Assembly: GCA_016872175.1 (NCBI GenBank)
Contig: VHBA01000007.1
Location: 48 to 64,047, forward strand
Direction: 5' to 3'
Source: Sphingomonadales bacterium
GTDB lineage: Bacteria; Bacteroidota; Bacteroidia; NS11-12g; UBA955
DNA length: 64,000 nt
The position numbers were made by a program, and so were the translations under genes. The number at the start of each line of letters is the position of its first letter. Positions within the stretch are counted from its first letter, which is position 1. The notes under the pieces were generated by a model. That model searched no databases. It saw only the letters and a list, made by a program, of their open reading frames with translations, and was not told the DNA's origin. Below, piece by piece: positions 24,569 through 35,871 of the stretch.

Positions 24569-27500
24569 ATGACGCAAGAAACTACCGTAAACACAAAAGG
24601 CCTCGAGTTTAAGAGGCAAAACACCGTTGAGGGTGTAAGTCCCTTCGACCAGTTCACCTACGACCACCGCAGCTCGGTCATTAAAAAACCCGACGGAAGT
24701 GTGGTGTTTGAAATGAAAAATGTAGAGGTTCCGGCGGGGTGGAGCCAAGTAGCAACCGATATTCTTGCGCAAAAATATTTCCGCAAAGCCGGCGTTCCCC
24801 AACCCGACGGCAGCCTGGGCAGCGAAACCAGCGTTAAGCAGGTTGCGCACCGCCTTGCCAACTGCTGGAGACAGTGGGGCGAGAAGTATAACTACTTCGC
24901 TTCTTCCACCGATGCGCAAACTTTCTATGAAGAGTTGGTTTATTCCATGCTCAACCAGGAATCTGCGCCCAACAGCCCTCAGTGGTTCAATACCGGATTA
25001 TACAGCAGCTACGCTATTGCCGGTAAACCCCAGGGTCACTACTATGTAGACCCCGAAACCGAGAAGCTCATGAAGAGCACCTCTGCATACGAGCGTCCCC
25101 AGCCCCACGCTTGCTTCATCCTATCTGTAGATGATGATTTGGTGAACGAGGGCGGTATCATGGACCTGTGGGTGCGTGAAGCCCGTATCTTCAAATATGG
25201 TTCTGGTGTAGGAACCAACTTCAGCCGCATCCGCGGTTCCGGCGAAAAACTCTCCGGCGGCGGAACCAGCAGCGGTCTGATCAGCTTCCTCAAAATCGGC
25301 GACCGCGCCGCAGGTGCGATCAAGAGCGGTGGTACCACCCGCCGTGCCGCCAAAATGGTGTGCCTTGATCTTGACCACCCCGAATCCATGGAATTTATCC
25401 AGTGGAAAAAGGATGAAGAGAAAAAAGTGGCTGCCCTTATCGATGCCGGTTACAGCAACGACTACGAAGGCGATGCCTACGCTACCGTTTCCGGACAAAA
25501 CAGCAACAACTCTATCCGTATACCCAACCGCTTCTTCGAAAAACTGAAAAATGGCGAAGACTGGGAATTTACCGCCCGTAGTAACGGTAAGGTAATGAAA
25601 ACCATGTCCTCAGGACAGGTTTGGGATGCTATCGGCGCTGCCGCATGGTCATGTGCCGATCCCGGTGTTCAGTATGATGACACCATCAATGAGTGGCACA
25701 CCTGCCCCGAAGGCGGACGTATCAACGCCAGCAACCCCTGCAGCGAATACATGTTCCTCGACAACACCGCCTGCAACCTTGCATCCTTGAACCTGCGTAA
25801 ATTCTTTAGCGAAGAAACCCGCGAGTTCAATGTAAGTTCTTTCGAGTACGCCACCCGTCTGTGGACCACCGTACTGGAAATTTCCGTACTCATGGCACAG
25901 TTCCCCAGCAAGGAAGTAGCCCAGCTGAGCTACGATTACCGCACCCTGGGTCTTGGCTACGCCAACCTTGGAAGTATGCTGATGTGTGCCGGTATTCCTT
26001 ACGATAGCAAGGAAGCTACAGCCATCTGCAGCTCTATCACTGCTATACTCACAGGCATATCGTATGCAACCAGTGCTGAAATGGCCGCCGTTAAAGGCCC
26101 GTTCCGCATGTATGAGAAAAACAAGAAGCACATGCTTCGCGTAATTCGCAACCACCGCTACGCGGCATACAACACTCCCCTGGCTTTCGAAAACCTCGGT
26201 ATCAAACCCGTGTGTATCGATGAGAAATTCTGCCCTGACTACCTGCTGAAATCAGCTTGCAGCGCCTGGGATAAAGCCCTGCAGTGGGGTGAAAAATACG
26301 GTTTCCGCAACGCTCAGGCCACCGTTATTGCCCCTACCGGCACCATCGGTCTGCTCATGGATTGCGATACAACCGGTATTGAACCTGATTTTGCCTTGGT
26401 TAAATACAAAAAACTCTCCGGCGGCGGTTACTTCAAAATCGTTAACCATACCGTTCCCATTGCCCTGAAAAACCTGGGTTATGCTCCCGAAGAAGTGGAC
26501 GCTATCGTTAACTACGCTAAAGGACACCAGACCTTTGCAGGCGCTCCTTCCATCAACCACGAGACACTGAAAGCAAAAGGTTTCAACGATGCTGATCTTG
26601 AAAAACTGGAAGCAGAAGCTCCCATGGCATTCGAAATTGGTTTTGTGTTCAACAAATACTCCCTGGGCGAAGAAACCTTGCAGCGCATCGGTTTCACTGC
26701 CGAGCAGTACGATAACCCCCGCTTCAACATGCTGGAAGCTCTGGGCTTTACCCGCGATGAAATCAGGGCCTGCAACGACTTCGTTACCGGTACCATGACC
26801 ATCGAAGGTGCACCCTACCTGAAAGAAGAACACTACGATGTATTTGATTGCGCCAACAAGTGCGGAAACATCGGTCAGCGCTACATTCATCCTTTTGCCC
26901 ACATTCGCATGATGTCTGCTGCTCAGCCCTTTATCTCAGGTGCAATCAGCAAAACCATCAACCTGCCAAACGAAGCCAATGAGCAGGACATCAAAGACTG
27001 CTACGAACTGAGCTGGCAGCTGGGCCTGAAGGCCAACGCCCTCTACCGCGACGGTTGCAAACTGAGTCAGCCCCTGAGCAACAAATCTGAAACCAGCGAA
27101 AGCGAAGACAAGGCAGAAGCTAAGTCTGACGCTGCACCGGCTGCAGAAACTACCGTAATCCGCTATGCAGAAGAACTGACCCCGGAAATCGTATTGGAAG
27201 CCGCTAAACGCATCCTGAATGAAAGCCCCGATACCAAGTTCAAGCGCCAGCTTTCCAATATCGTAGAGAAGAAGCGTCTGCCCAACAAGCGCAAAGGCTT
27301 TACCCAAAAAGGCAAAGTAGGCGGTCAAACTATCTTCGTGCGCACCGGCGATTACGATGACGGAACCCTGGGTGAAATCTTCATTGACATGCATAAAGAA
27401 GGCGCCAGCTTCCGCTCACTGATGAACTGCTTCAGCATTGCTATATCCGTAGGTCTGCAGTATGGTGTGCCTTTGGAAGAGTTCGTCGACAAGTTCGCCT

Positions 27501-27889
27501 TCACACGCTTTGAACCCAGCGGCATGGTGGAAGGACATCCCAACATCAAAAACTCAACCTCTATCGTGGATTATATCTTCCGCCTGCTCGGATACGAATA
27601 CCTGGGCCGGGAAGACCTCGTACAGGTTAAACCCAGTGCATATACCAAAAACGATGCAACGGAAGCCCCTGTAATCAGCGAGTTTGTACCTATGTTCACA
27701 CCAGAGCCCCAGCCATCTGCAGAAAATGCAGCCATGCTGGAAACCGGAGGCGGTGTAAAAAACATGCAGGACCACCTGCGTGAGGTACAGAGCGATGCGC
27801 CCGCCTGCAACGTATGCGGTCACATCACCGTGCGCAGCGGCACTTGTTACAAGTGTTTGAACTGTGGCAACAGCCTGGGTTGCAGCTAA
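24569..27889 (+). CDS. nrdJ: Adenosylcobalamin-dependent (class II) ribonucleoside-diphosphate/triphosphate reductase
   Basis: 1,106 aa from the internal Met ([17 protein letters not shown]). Supporting motifs are '[10 protein letters not shown]', 'NSPQWFNTG', 'ACFI', '[11 protein letters not shown]', 'NPCSEY....[10 protein letters not shown]' and 'TINLP'. The C-terminal tail has four Cys: [17 protein letters not shown]. Confidence 0.9.
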   Translation: MTQETTVNTKGLEFKRQNTVEGVSPFDQFTYDHRSSVIKKPDGSVVFEMKNVEVPAGWSQVATDILAQKYFRKAGVPQPDGSLGSETSVKQVAHRLANCWRQWGEKYNYFASSTDAQTFYEELVYSMLNQESAPNSPQWFNTGLYSSYAIAGKPQGHYYVDPETEKLMKSTSAYERPQPHACFILSVDDDLVNEGGIMDLWVREARIFKYGSGVGTNFSRIRGSGEKLSGGGTSSGLISFLKIGDRAAGAIKSGGTTRRAAKMVCLDLDHPESMEFIQWKKDEEKKVAALIDAGYSNDYEGDAYATVSGQNSNNSIRIPNRFFEKLKNGEDWEFTARSNGKVMKTMSSGQVWDAIGAAAWSCADPGVQYDDTINEWHTCPEGGRINASNPCSEYMFLDNTACNLASLNLRKFFSEETREFNVSSFEYATRLWTTVLEISVLMAQFPSKEVAQLSYDYRTLGLGYANLGSMLMCAGIPYDSKEATAICSSITAILTGISYATSAEMAAVKGPFRMYEKNKKHMLRVIRNHRYAAYNTPLAFENLGIKPVCIDEKFCPDYLLKSACSAWDKALQWGEKYGFRNAQATVIAPTGTIGLLMDCDTTGIEPDFALVKYKKLSGGGYFKIVNHTVPIALKNLGYAPEEVDAIVNYAKGHQTFAGAPSINHETLKAKGFNDADLEKLEAEAPMAFEIGFVFNKYSLGEETLQRIGFTAEQYDNPRFNMLEALGFTRDEIRACNDFVTGTMTIEGAPYLKEEHYDVFDCANKCGNIGQRYIHPFAHIRMMSAAQPFISGAISKTINLPNEANEQDIKDCYELSWQLGLKANALYRDGCKLSQPLSNKSETSESEDKAEAKSDAAPAAETTVIRYAEELTPEIVLEAAKRILNESPDTKFKRQLSNIVEKKRLPNKRKGFTQKGKVGGQTIFVRTGDYDDGTLGEIFIDMHKEGASFRSLMNCFSIAISVGLQYGVPLEEFVDKFAFTRFEPSGMVEGHPNIKNSTSIVDYIFRLLGYEYLGREDLVQVKPSAYTKNDATEAPVISEFVPMFTPEPQPSAENAAMLETGGGVKNMQDHLREVQSDAPACNVCGHITVRSGTCYKCLNCGNSLGCS

Positions 27890-27910
27890 TTTAAAATTTA
27901 CACTTACAAG

Positions 27911-27936
27911 AAAGGGAGGCATAACCTCCCTTTTTT
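27911..27936 (+). terminator. Rho-independent terminator after nrdJ
   Basis: aaaGGGAGG, loop cataa, CCTCCCttt, followed by a T-run (27931-27936). Confidence 0.7.
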
Positions 27937-28005
27937 ATTGGCCATTTGATTAGATCAATGATCCAATTTCCAGTATAAATAATACAGCTGGCTTTTGCCT
28001 TTATT

Positions 28006-29568
28006 TCAATAATCCAAATTCAACCCCAGCGTAAAGGTCAGAAAAACCCGGTTGCGCTTGTAGGTCAATTCATTATCCTCAGAAGCAAACCTTGGGTCAG
28101 TTATGGGATATGGCGTGTAATAGCCGGCCGCCGATTGTGAACTCAGGGCAAAATCAAAATAATAGTCTTTGTCACGCAGTCCAAAGCCACAGGCAAGCAC
28201 CGTGTTGGCCTTCTTGAGGGTAGCGTCCAAACCGGCCACATTCGGATTGTAGGGCGATGGCAGTACGCCAAATCCAGCCCTAAAACGATACGCCTGGTCT
28301 TTATTATCCGGGTTGGGCATGTTCCACTCCGCACCAATGCGCACATTGGTCACGTTGCGGTAGTTACGCCTGATGGCGCTGTTTTCCGCATTGAAGGTAA
28401 ACACATCATCGGCACGCAGACGGGCAGATCCGTAGTTGTAAAACTCAAAATCTGCATTGACAATCATGGATTTTTGAATCACAAAACCAATACCGGCATT
28501 GAATCGGGAAGGTGTGGTAATCTTGTATTTATACGTGTTCAACGGGTCGTTGTACTGCGCTGTCCAGTCGCCTATGGAACCCGGATCTCCTTTTGGAGCA
28601 ATGGAATAGCCGTATTCACTATTTACGGTATACGTTCTGGGGGTGTGCACCGATGCTGCAAGGCGCAACTGCTCAGTGGGCCTCACGATTATACCCACAC
28701 GTGCCGCAAATGCACTTCCTTTGTCCGTAAACTTGCTCTGATAGTCAACAGATGCCATATCCAGCGTACTGATATCGTTGATGTCTACCTTACGCTTGTC
28801 TTGTTCCAGCATACTCAAGTCTTCGCTATAACGCAGGGATGAGTATAACAGACCAATACCCAGCATCACCTTGTTGGAAAAATTCAACCCTACCGAACCC
28901 TGATACTCGTAAATGGCTCCTTTACTCACAATTTCACCGGACTGATCATTGTTTCTTACGCTATCCTTGTAGGCCGATGTGTAACGTCCAGTTCCGCCCC
29001 TGTCATAATCAATAACCCAGGCATCATAGGCCAGACCTGACAAAGAACCTTGCACCAGTTTTGACGGATCACCCTCACGATTGGCTACTTCGGCAAAAAA
29101 ATCAGTTACAGAAGATTTTCGGTTATTGCCCTGAAATGCCATGGTACCACCAAAAGTCGCAAGCCGGTTCACATGAAACCCATAGCAAACCGCACTCAAT
29201 CCTTTTTTACGGGGCTTCCCTGTGGCATCATACTGCACATCTGCTTTGATATAGTTGAGGGAAGGCAAATTAAAGTTCAGTCTTGCTTCTCTTAAATTTT
29301 CACCCAGATAATCAGCATGATAAACGGTGTTTTGGAACTGGGCGCCCATGTTAAATTCACTGCGCCTGAAAGTGGCAATACCGGCCGGGTTGGTCATCAC
29401 AGCCGAGGCATCGGCACCAATGGCAGAAAATGAACCTGCCATGCCCATGGTTCTGGCTGTTCCTCCAGAACCAATGGTACTGTAGCGAAGTGCATCGAAC
29501 TCACTTTGTGAAAAAAGAGAAAAAACAGCCCCGAATAACAGGGTCAATAGACTTAAAACCGACCTCAT
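28006..29568 (-). CDS. FadL/OMPP1-like outer-membrane beta-barrel protein
   Basis: 520 aa. A signal peptide is followed by 'GGTARTMGMAGSFSAIGADASAVMTNPAGIATF', which resembles the FadL/TodX N-terminal hatch motif. The rest has alternating beta-strand character and a C-terminal '..TFTLGLNLDY'. Confidence 0.55.
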   Translation of the reverse strand: MRSVLSLLTLLFGAVFSLFSQSEFDALRYSTIGSGGTARTMGMAGSFSAIGADASAVMTNPAGIATFRRSEFNMGAQFQNTVYHADYLGENLREARLNFNLPSLNYIKADVQYDATGKPRKKGLSAVCYGFHVNRLATFGGTMAFQGNNRKSSVTDFFAEVANREGDPSKLVQGSLSGLAYDAWVIDYDRGGTGRYTSAYKDSVRNNDQSGEIVSKGAIYEYQGSVGLNFSNKVMLGIGLLYSSLRYSEDLSMLEQDKRKVDINDISTLDMASVDYQSKFTDKGSAFAARVGIIVRPTEQLRLAASVHTPRTYTVNSEYGYSIAPKGDPGSIGDWTAQYNDPLNTYKYKITTPSRFNAGIGFVIQKSMIVNADFEFYNYGSARLRADDVFTFNAENSAIRRNYRNVTNVRIGAEWNMPNPDNKDQAYRFRAGFGVLPSPYNPNVAGLDATLKKANTVLACGFGLRDKDYYFDFALSSQSAAGYYTPYPITDPRFASEDNELTYKRNRVFLTFTLGLNLDY

Positions 29569-29583
29569 GTAAAACCGCCAGTA

Positions 29584-30471
29584 TTAACGCCTGCGACCTG
29601 AAGTGCCCTGCACTGCGTTGGATGAACGGCTGCTCCCACTGCTGTTGAATGAGCCCTGCTGGGTATTTCCGCTGGGAGTCCAGGTTGAACTTCTGGAAGT
29701 GCCACTGCTGCCATTGTTATAGCTTCCGGATGTAGTGCTTCCACTGCTCCAGGAAGAACTTCTGCCCGATGTGGAAGAAGGAGTGCCTGTTTGATAGTTA
29801 TTGCGACGCACGCCGCTGTTGGAAAATCCACTTGAACCTGAGGCGGGCTTGGGATTATTTACAAAACCACCAGAAGAATGATTGTTTGAAGAGGTGCTGC
29901 CACCGCTCCAGTTGTTATTAGACCAGTTATTCCAGCCATTGTTGTTCCAGCCACCAAAAGATCCGCCACCCCAGTACATATTGGAGTTATACATCTGGTT
30001 GTAGTACATCCAGTAAGGATCACCGTAGGAATAAGCCGGATTGTAGCCCATCATCATTGGATTTCCCCAGGCATTTCCCATCATCCAGGGATTACCCATC
30101 ATCATGGAATTATAACCCATGTAGGGGCTATATCCCCATGGCGAAACTCCCGCTCTGAAACGATTGCAGGGCTGTGTAATCATAGCTGCTGGTGCGGATG
30201 CAGAGGAAGGCTGTAGGCTGCTGCCACCAAAATTGCGCAAACGGTCTGAATACGTTTGACCATAACTACCCGCCATGGCAGAAGCTTCTCCGGTAGCAGA
30301 CGGTGTAACCGCGCCATCGGCATAAAATCCGCGCCCGTTGAGATCTGAAGTGGCAAAATAAGCATCGTCATAATTGTTGACTTTGCTAACAGACCTTACC
30401 CCGGAGCAGGAAGCCAGCAACATAGCACCTGCCATAAAAAAATAAGTGGTTTTAATAAAATGGACTTTCAT
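29584..30471 (-). CDS. Low-complexity Met/Trp/Asn/Gly/Ser/Tyr-rich lipoprotein (function unknown)
   Basis: 295 aa with lipobox AMLLASCSG. The core reads 'GYNSMMMGNPWMMGNAWGNPMMMGYNPAYSYGDPYWMYYNQMYNSNMYWGGGSFGGWNNNGWNNWSNNNWSGG', followed by a Ser/Gly/Thr/Asn tail ending in RRR. It ends 15 nt upstream of the FadL-like gene. Confidence 0.55.
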   Translation of the reverse strand: MKVHFIKTTYFFMAGAMLLASCSGVRSVSKVNNYDDAYFATSDLNGRGFYADGAVTPSATGEASAMAGSYGQTYSDRLRNFGGSSLQPSSASAPAAMITQPCNRFRAGVSPWGYSPYMGYNSMMMGNPWMMGNAWGNPMMMGYNPAYSYGDPYWMYYNQMYNSNMYWGGGSFGGWNNNGWNNWSNNNWSGGSTSSNNHSSGGFVNNPKPASGSSGFSNSGVRRNNYQTGTPSSTSGRSSSWSSGSTTSGSYNNGSSGTSRSSTWTPSGNTQQGSFNSSGSSRSSNAVQGTSGRRR

Positions 30472-30506
30472 GGTGAACCTTCTTTTTGGGTACTGCTTTT
30501 AGTTAG

Positions 30507-30514
30507 TACCTTTG
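30507..30514 (+). promoter_or_regulatory. TAnnTTTG -7 promoter box upstream of proS
   Basis: TACCTTTG lies 43 nt upstream of ATG 30557. Confidence 0.35.
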
Positions 30515-30556
30515 CACTATCAAAGTTACAAAAAGTATTCCATATTTCCAATATCC

Positions 30557-32035
30557 ATGGCATTTGAAAAGGTAAAACGCGAAGAAAATTACAGTGAGTG
30601 GTATAACAACCTGGTAAAAAACGCCGATCTGGCTGAACACAGTGCCGTTAAGGGCTGCATGGTTATTAAACCCTACGGCTTTGCCATCTGGGAAAAAATG
30701 CAGCAGCAGCTCGACAAGATGTTCAAGGATACCGGCCACCAAAATGCCTATTTTCCGCTGTTTGTGCCCAAAAGTCTGTTTGAAAAAGAAGAGAAAAATG
30801 CCGAAGGATTTGCCAAGGAATGTGCCGTGGTAACCCACTACCGTCTGAAAGCCGACCCATCCAAACCCGGCCGCCTCATGGCCGATCCCGATTCTAAACT
30901 TGAAGAGGAACTGGTGGTGCGCCCTACCAGCGAAGCCATCATCTGGAATACCTATAAAAACTGGATTCAGAGCTACCGCGACCTGCCCATTCTTATCAAT
31001 CAGTGGGCCAACGTGGTACGCTGGGAAATGAGAACCCGCCTGTTTCTCAGAACAGCTGAATTTCTTTGGCAGGAAGGCCATACCGCCCACGCCACCAAAG
31101 AAGAAGCCCTGGAAGAAACCCGCAAAATGCTGGATGTCTATGCCGAATTTGCCGAAGAACACATGGCTGTTCCGGTGATTAAGGGCGTAAAATCTGAAAA
31201 CGAACGTTTTGCAGGTGCCGACGACACCTATTGCATAGAAGGTATGATGCAAGACGGAAAAGCCCTGCAAATGGGTACCAGCCACTTTCTGGGACAAAAC
31301 TTTGCCAAGGCATTCGACGTAAAGTTTCAGGACCGCAACAGCAAACTCGATTATGTCTGGGCCACCAGCTGGGGGGTTTCTACCCGATTGATGGGTGCAC
31401 TTATTATGGTTCACAGCGACGACGAAGGCCTGGTGCTGCCACCCAAACTGGCTCCCATTCACGTGGTGATTGTGCCGGTTTATAAAACCGAAGAAGAACT
31501 GAACACCATCAGCGAAAAGGTGGCAGGCATCAAAAAAGAACTAGAAACAGCCGGATTATCCATAAAATTTGATAACCGCGATACCCAGAAACCCGGCTTC
31601 AAGTTTGCTGAATGGGAACTGAAAGGGGTGCCCGTGCGCATTGCCATTGGCCCCCGCGATTTGCAGAACAACGCCGCCGAAGTGGCCCGTCGCGATACCA
31701 AAACCAAAGAAGTAATAGGTATGGACAACCTGGTAGGCCATGTGACCGGATTGATGAACGAAATTCAGGAGAATTTGTATAAAAAAGCCCTGGATCTCAG
31801 AACCGGAAAAACCTGGAAAGCCGACACTTGGGATGAATTTGTTGATATCGTTGAAAACCGCAATGGGTTTGCCCTGGCCCACTGGGACGGCAGCGGCGAA
31901 ACCGAAGAAAAAATTAAAGAAATGACCAAGGCCACCATTCGCTGCATTCCATTGGATGCACAGGAAGAGGCAGGCAGTTGTATCCTCACCGGCAAACCCA
32001 GCAGCAAACGCGTGGTATTTGCCAAAGCCTATTAA
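30557..32035 (+). CDS. proS: Prolyl-tRNA synthetase (archaeal/eukaryote-like class II type)
   Basis: 492 aa from [20 protein letters not shown]. Supporting motifs are '[14 protein letters not shown]', '[16 protein letters not shown]' and '[22 protein letters not shown]'. Confidence 0.9.
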   Translation: MAFEKVKREENYSEWYNNLVKNADLAEHSAVKGCMVIKPYGFAIWEKMQQQLDKMFKDTGHQNAYFPLFVPKSLFEKEEKNAEGFAKECAVVTHYRLKADPSKPGRLMADPDSKLEEELVVRPTSEAIIWNTYKNWIQSYRDLPILINQWANVVRWEMRTRLFLRTAEFLWQEGHTAHATKEEALEETRKMLDVYAEFAEEHMAVPVIKGVKSENERFAGADDTYCIEGMMQDGKALQMGTSHFLGQNFAKAFDVKFQDRNSKLDYVWATSWGVSTRLMGALIMVHSDDEGLVLPPKLAPIHVVIVPVYKTEEELNTISEKVAGIKKELETAGLSIKFDNRDTQKPGFKFAEWELKGVPVRIAIGPRDLQNNAAEVARRDTKTKEVIGMDNLVGHVTGLMNEIQENLYKKALDLRTGKTWKADTWDEFVDIVENRNGFALAHWDGSGETEEKIKEMTKATIRCIPLDAQEEAGSCILTGKPSSKRVVFAKAY

Positions 32036-32574
32036 TGCGGCCGCTCGGCTTCGTAGCGCTTCTCATCCACCATTCCCACAAAGAAAAAACCCAGTTGCCT
32101 GCCATTTTCGGGCAAACCAGTTTGCTGTTGCATAAAATCCGTGCCGGCGCCGTTGCCTGTGGTCCAGTAGCCCGCCGCATGCGGATGATCCGTGAGTGTT
32201 AAATACATGTTTTGCACCGCCGTGGCTGTGGCCGCCAGCTCTTCCCATTCGGGCACTTTGCCCGAAGGCACAAAACCAATGGAAATGATATGCGATACTT
32301 TAAACGCATAGGTGCAGATTTTGGCCAGTTTGCGCTCATCAAACAATTCTGCAGGGGTGTTCTGCATATAATACTGTTCCATGGCGCTGCATAGCGCTGT
32401 TTTTTCAGCACCTTCAAACACTCTGAAACGCCAGGGAAGTGTGAGTTTATGACTGGGTGCCCAGCGGGCGTTTTCCAGCATGCGGGCTATAATATCGTCC
32501 GGGACAGGCAGCCCGTTGAATTCCTTAACAAAATGACTGCGCCTGCCGCGAATTAGCTCATCCAGTGTTTTCAT
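32032..32574 (-). CDS. Nitroreductase family protein
   Basis: 180 aa. 'RRS...F......[21 protein letters not shown]' fits the family. Confidence 0.75.
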   Translation of the reverse strand: MKTLDELIRGRRSHFVKEFNGLPVPDDIIARMLENARWAPSHKLTLPWRFRVFEGAEKTALCSAMEQYYMQNTPAELFDERKLAKICTYAFKVSHIISIGFVPSGKVPEWEELAATATAVQNMYLTLTDHPHAAGYWTTGNGAGTDFMQQQTGLPENGRQLGFFFVGMVDEKRYEAERPH

Positions 32575-32575
32575 T

Positions 32576-33508
32576 TTATGCAGATAACTCGTTTTTCTTT
32601 CTGAGGCGAAATTCGAGAAAAGATTGGATAAAAACCGAAACCAATATCAGCGCGGCACCCAAATAAAACTGCATGCCCAATGCATCGTGCTCGTGAAAAA
32701 TAACTGCCCCCAGCAAAATGCCGTAAACAGGCTCCATATTCACGGATAAATTGGCAGTGAACGCCGATAGGTCCTGTAGGGCATATGTTCCCAGATAAAA
32801 GGTAAGGTTGGTACAAACCAGCGCCAGCAGCAGTATCCACAGCAAATCATACTGCCCGCTTTTGGGGTTGAATTCCGGAATCCAGGTGGCGTTTGCATCG
32901 GCCATCAGCGGAAAAACCACACTCAGCAACACCGCGCCTGAAAGCATTTCTATGGCCGAAATACTCAAGGAAGAAGCCCTTGCAATATGTCGCTTGTTTA
33001 ATGTGGTAAACAGCGCTGCCAGCATGGCACTCACAATTCCCGTAATGATGGCAGGCGTGTAGCTTGTTTGCCCTGCTGATCCACTGCTTAATGTATCGTT
33101 GATAATCAGGATGCCTGCAATCACCAGCAACCCCAGCAGCAACTCCCTGATGCGGAAGGCTTTGCGATTAATAAGCGGATCAAGGACGGCGGAGAAAAAG
33201 CTCGCAGAGCCCAGACAGGCCAGGGTTACGCTGGCGCTGTTGCCCAGTTTAATGCTTCCATAAAACGTGAGCCAGTGCAGGGCCACGATGATGCCGATTC
33301 CCAGAAAAATCAGCCAGTCTTTTCGGGTCAAACCGGAAATACCCCGCCAAACCGCCGGAATACAGAAATAGACGGCAGCGGTAATCAGCATGCGGTGCCA
33401 CACCAGATTCAGCGAACTGTAGGAGATAAGCTTTCCCAGAATGGCGGTAAATCCCCAGAGAAAAACCGCAATATGCAGGTAGGTAAGTGCTTTGATTCGG
33501 GGATTCAT
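32576..33508 (-). CDS. EamA/DMT-family transporter (10 TM)
   Basis: 310 aa with two repeated five-helix halves. 'LHIAVFLWGFTAILGKL' is typical of DMT permeases. Confidence 0.7.
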   Translation of the reverse strand: MNPRIKALTYLHIAVFLWGFTAILGKLISYSSLNLVWHRMLITAAVYFCIPAVWRGISGLTRKDWLIFLGIGIIVALHWLTFYGSIKLGNSASVTLACLGSASFFSAVLDPLINRKAFRIRELLLGLLVIAGILIINDTLSSGSAGQTSYTPAIITGIVSAMLAALFTTLNKRHIARASSLSISAIEMLSGAVLLSVVFPLMADANATWIPEFNPKSGQYDLLWILLLALVCTNLTFYLGTYALQDLSAFTANLSVNMEPVYGILLGAVIFHEHDALGMQFYLGAALILVSVFIQSFLEFRLRKKNELSA

Positions 33509-33671
33509 GGTTGGACTGCCCTTAAAAAATCAAGGCCACGCTGTGAAGCATGGCCAGGATGTTGGTATATAGAAGCGCGTAACAGTTGGGCTACCGCTAT
33601 CAGCACGGCAGCAATGCAAATATAAATACGGTTTTGTGAAATCGCAACCCACAAGTTTTCCCCAAAGAAAA

Positions 33672-34754
33672 TCAGGTGAGGTTGCCTTTGTATTTGTCGC
33701 GCATGTCGATGACAATCTGTCTCAGCTCCTGCTCTTTGTCTTTGTGCATCACCAGCACCACATCCGGGCTATCTACTACCACCACGTTTTCAAGGCCGTG
33801 GGTAATCACAATGCGGTCGGTATTGGAAAACACCAGCGAATCAGACGTTTTATAGGTGTGAATTCCCTTTCCGATGGCAGCTGTATCATGCTCATTATGG
33901 CGACTCACATCCCACAGGCTTTTCCAGGTGCCCAGGTCATTCCACCCAAACGTAGCGGGATAGACATAAACACTGTCGTCTTTTTCCATGATTCCGTAAT
34001 CAATGGAAATGCTGGGACATTGCCCGTAAGCCAATTCCAATGCATCAAAATAATTTGTCTGTGAAAAATCCACTTCGGCAAACAGCTGATGTATTTCCGG
34101 TAAATATTGTTCAATACGATGCAAAATAGCTTTCACATTCCACACGAAAATACCGGCATTCCAAAGAAACTCACCGCTTTCTATAAAAGTCTGTGCCAGT
34201 TCTTCGTTGGGCTTTTCGGTGAATGTTTTCACTTCGTAGAAGCCGGCATCTCCCGGTACAGTATTGTATTGAATGTATCCATAGCCTGTATCGGGGCGTG
34301 TGGGCTTGATACCAAGGGTAAGAAGATGGCTGTAATTGCCCGCAAAGGCGTATGCTTCATTAATGATTCTGAAAAACTCGGCTTCCTGGGTAATAAGGTG
34401 ATCGCTGGGTGCTACCACACAAACGGCATCCAGATCAATCTGTGATATTACCTTACTTGCATAAGCTACGCAGGGTGCCGTATTGCGGGCCTGCGGCTCT
34501 TTCAGAATGCGGTCATCGGCAATACCCGGAATGTGCTCTCTAATTAATGGAGTGTATTCGTGGTTTGTAACTATGAAAATATTTTCTTTGGGAACCACCT
34601 GACAGAACCTTTTGTAGGTCTGGGAAATCAGTGAATCACCGGTGCCTAAAATATCGATGAACTGCTTGGGCAGGCTTTTTCGGCTTACCGGCCAGAAGCG
34701 GCTTCCGATGCCACCGGCCATTACCAGCACATAGTGATGTTTGTTCTCGCTCAT
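33672..34754 (-). CDS. Mannose-1-phosphate guanylyltransferase
   Basis: 360 aa from MSENKHHYVLVMAGGIGSRFWPVSRKSLPKQF. There is an ATGA overlap with the kpsF stop. Confidence 0.8.
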   Translation of the reverse strand: MSENKHHYVLVMAGGIGSRFWPVSRKSLPKQFIDILGTGDSLISQTYKRFCQVVPKENIFIVTNHEYTPLIREHIPGIADDRILKEPQARNTAPCVAYASKVISQIDLDAVCVVAPSDHLITQEAEFFRIINEAYAFAGNYSHLLTLGIKPTRPDTGYGYIQYNTVPGDAGFYEVKTFTEKPNEELAQTFIESGEFLWNAGIFVWNVKAILHRIEQYLPEIHQLFAEVDFSQTNYFDALELAYGQCPSISIDYGIMEKDDSVYVYPATFGWNDLGTWKSLWDVSRHNEHDTAAIGKGIHTYKTSDSLVFSNTDRIVITHGLENVVVVDSPDVVLVMHKDKEQELRQIVIDMRDKYKGNLT

Positions 34755-35722
34755 AGCAATCCCTCCCTGTTTAGGTCGTGCAAATGTACCATTCCTGCGT
34801 ATTTTCCGTCGCTTAGTACAATAATTTGGGATATTTTCTGGTGGCTCATCCACTCAACGGCTTCTACAGCAAGGGTTTCAGCGTCCAGTGTTTTCGGTGA
34901 GCGCGACATGATATCAGCGGCGGTCAAATCCTGCAGGTTGCTGTGTTTTTCCAGCATTCTGCGGACATCACCATCGGTGATTATACCCAGCAACCCGTTG
35001 TTATCCAGCACCGCCGCGGCACCCAGCCTGCTTTTGCTGATGCATACAATTACTTCATTAACTGAAGCGGACGGTGAAACCGCAGGTTTCTCGTTTCTGG
35101 CGGCAATTTCACCGCAGCGGAGGTATAATTTTTTGCCTAAAGCTCCACCGGGGTGGTATTTGCTGAAATCACTGCCGCTGAAGTTGCGCATGCGCAGCAG
35201 AGAAATGGCAATGGCATCGCCCATGAGCAGCTGTGCGGTGGTGCTGCTGGTTGGCGCCAGGTTATTCGGACAGGCTTCCTTATCTACCGTGGTATTAATC
35301 ACAATATCCGCCTGCGCCGCCAGTTCGCTGTCAATATTTCCCACCATGGCCACCAGCGGATTGCCAAAAGATTTAAGCAATGGCGCAAGCGCCTTGATTT
35401 CCGGGGTGTTTCCGCTCTTGGATATTGCAATAACCACATCGCCGGGCTGAATAATCCCCAGATCACCGTGTATGGCGTCTGCGGCGTGCATAAATACAGC
35501 AGGCTGTCCTGTGCTATTCATGGTAGCCACCATTTTTTGCGCAATGATGGCGCTCTTGCCTATACCGGTAACCACAGCCCTGTCGGCTGAATCCAGCAAA
35601 AGTTCTACCAGTTGACAAAATGAATCATCAATATATTGAGGCAAAACAGCCAAAGAATTTAATTCATCGGATATGGCCTGATTACCGTAACTTTTTATTA
35701 AATTTGCCTTGGTCTGTGTCAA
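34751..35722 (-). CDS. kpsF: Arabinose-5-phosphate isomerase (SIS domain plus tandem CBS domains), KpsF/GutQ family
   Basis: 323 aa. 'VVTGIGKSAIIAQK', 'VVIAISKSGNTPE' and the C-terminal CBS pair 'GIITDGDVRR'..'VHLHDL' support the call. Confidence 0.85.
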   Translation of the reverse strand: MTQTKANLIKSYGNQAISDELNSLAVLPQYIDDSFCQLVELLLDSADRAVVTGIGKSAIIAQKMVATMNSTGQPAVFMHAADAIHGDLGIIQPGDVVIAISKSGNTPEIKALAPLLKSFGNPLVAMVGNIDSELAAQADIVINTTVDKEACPNNLAPTSSTTAQLLMGDAIAISLLRMRNFSGSDFSKYHPGGALGKKLYLRCGEIAARNEKPAVSPSASVNEVIVCISKSRLGAAAVLDNNGLLGIITDGDVRRMLEKHSNLQDLTAADIMSRSPKTLDAETLAVEAVEWMSHQKISQIIVLSDGKYAGMVHLHDLNREGLL

Positions 35723-35871
35723 GCGGGCGTTGTTAGAATTGCAAAACTAACTTAAATTTTGCATTTAGTAAGTAGGTTTGACATTTAAACAAGATTAAAA
35801 AAATTAATATAAAGCTAACAAAATTGCCGCCTATGCGTTAAATTTACTAACTGAAAGCATTTACTTTATCT

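Noticed and set aside
24569-27889. An intein or mobile insertion that would explain the 1,106-aa length of NrdJ.
   Set aside because: I saw no intein splice-junction or endonuclease-like blocks. The extra length is an acidic, Ala/Glu/Ser-rich linker (about 27080-27160) plus a C-terminal four-Cys tail, features seen in long class II RNRs.
30503-31462. A 319-aa ORF antisense to proS. Similar long antisense ORFs lie within kpsF (34734-35450), recQ (36577-37254), lplA (44069-44596), nrdJ (25649-26155 and 26252-26902) and the TonB receptor gene.
   Set aside because: The sense-strand products carry unmistakable family motifs. The antisense translations are low-complexity and motif-free, as expected for shadow ORFs.
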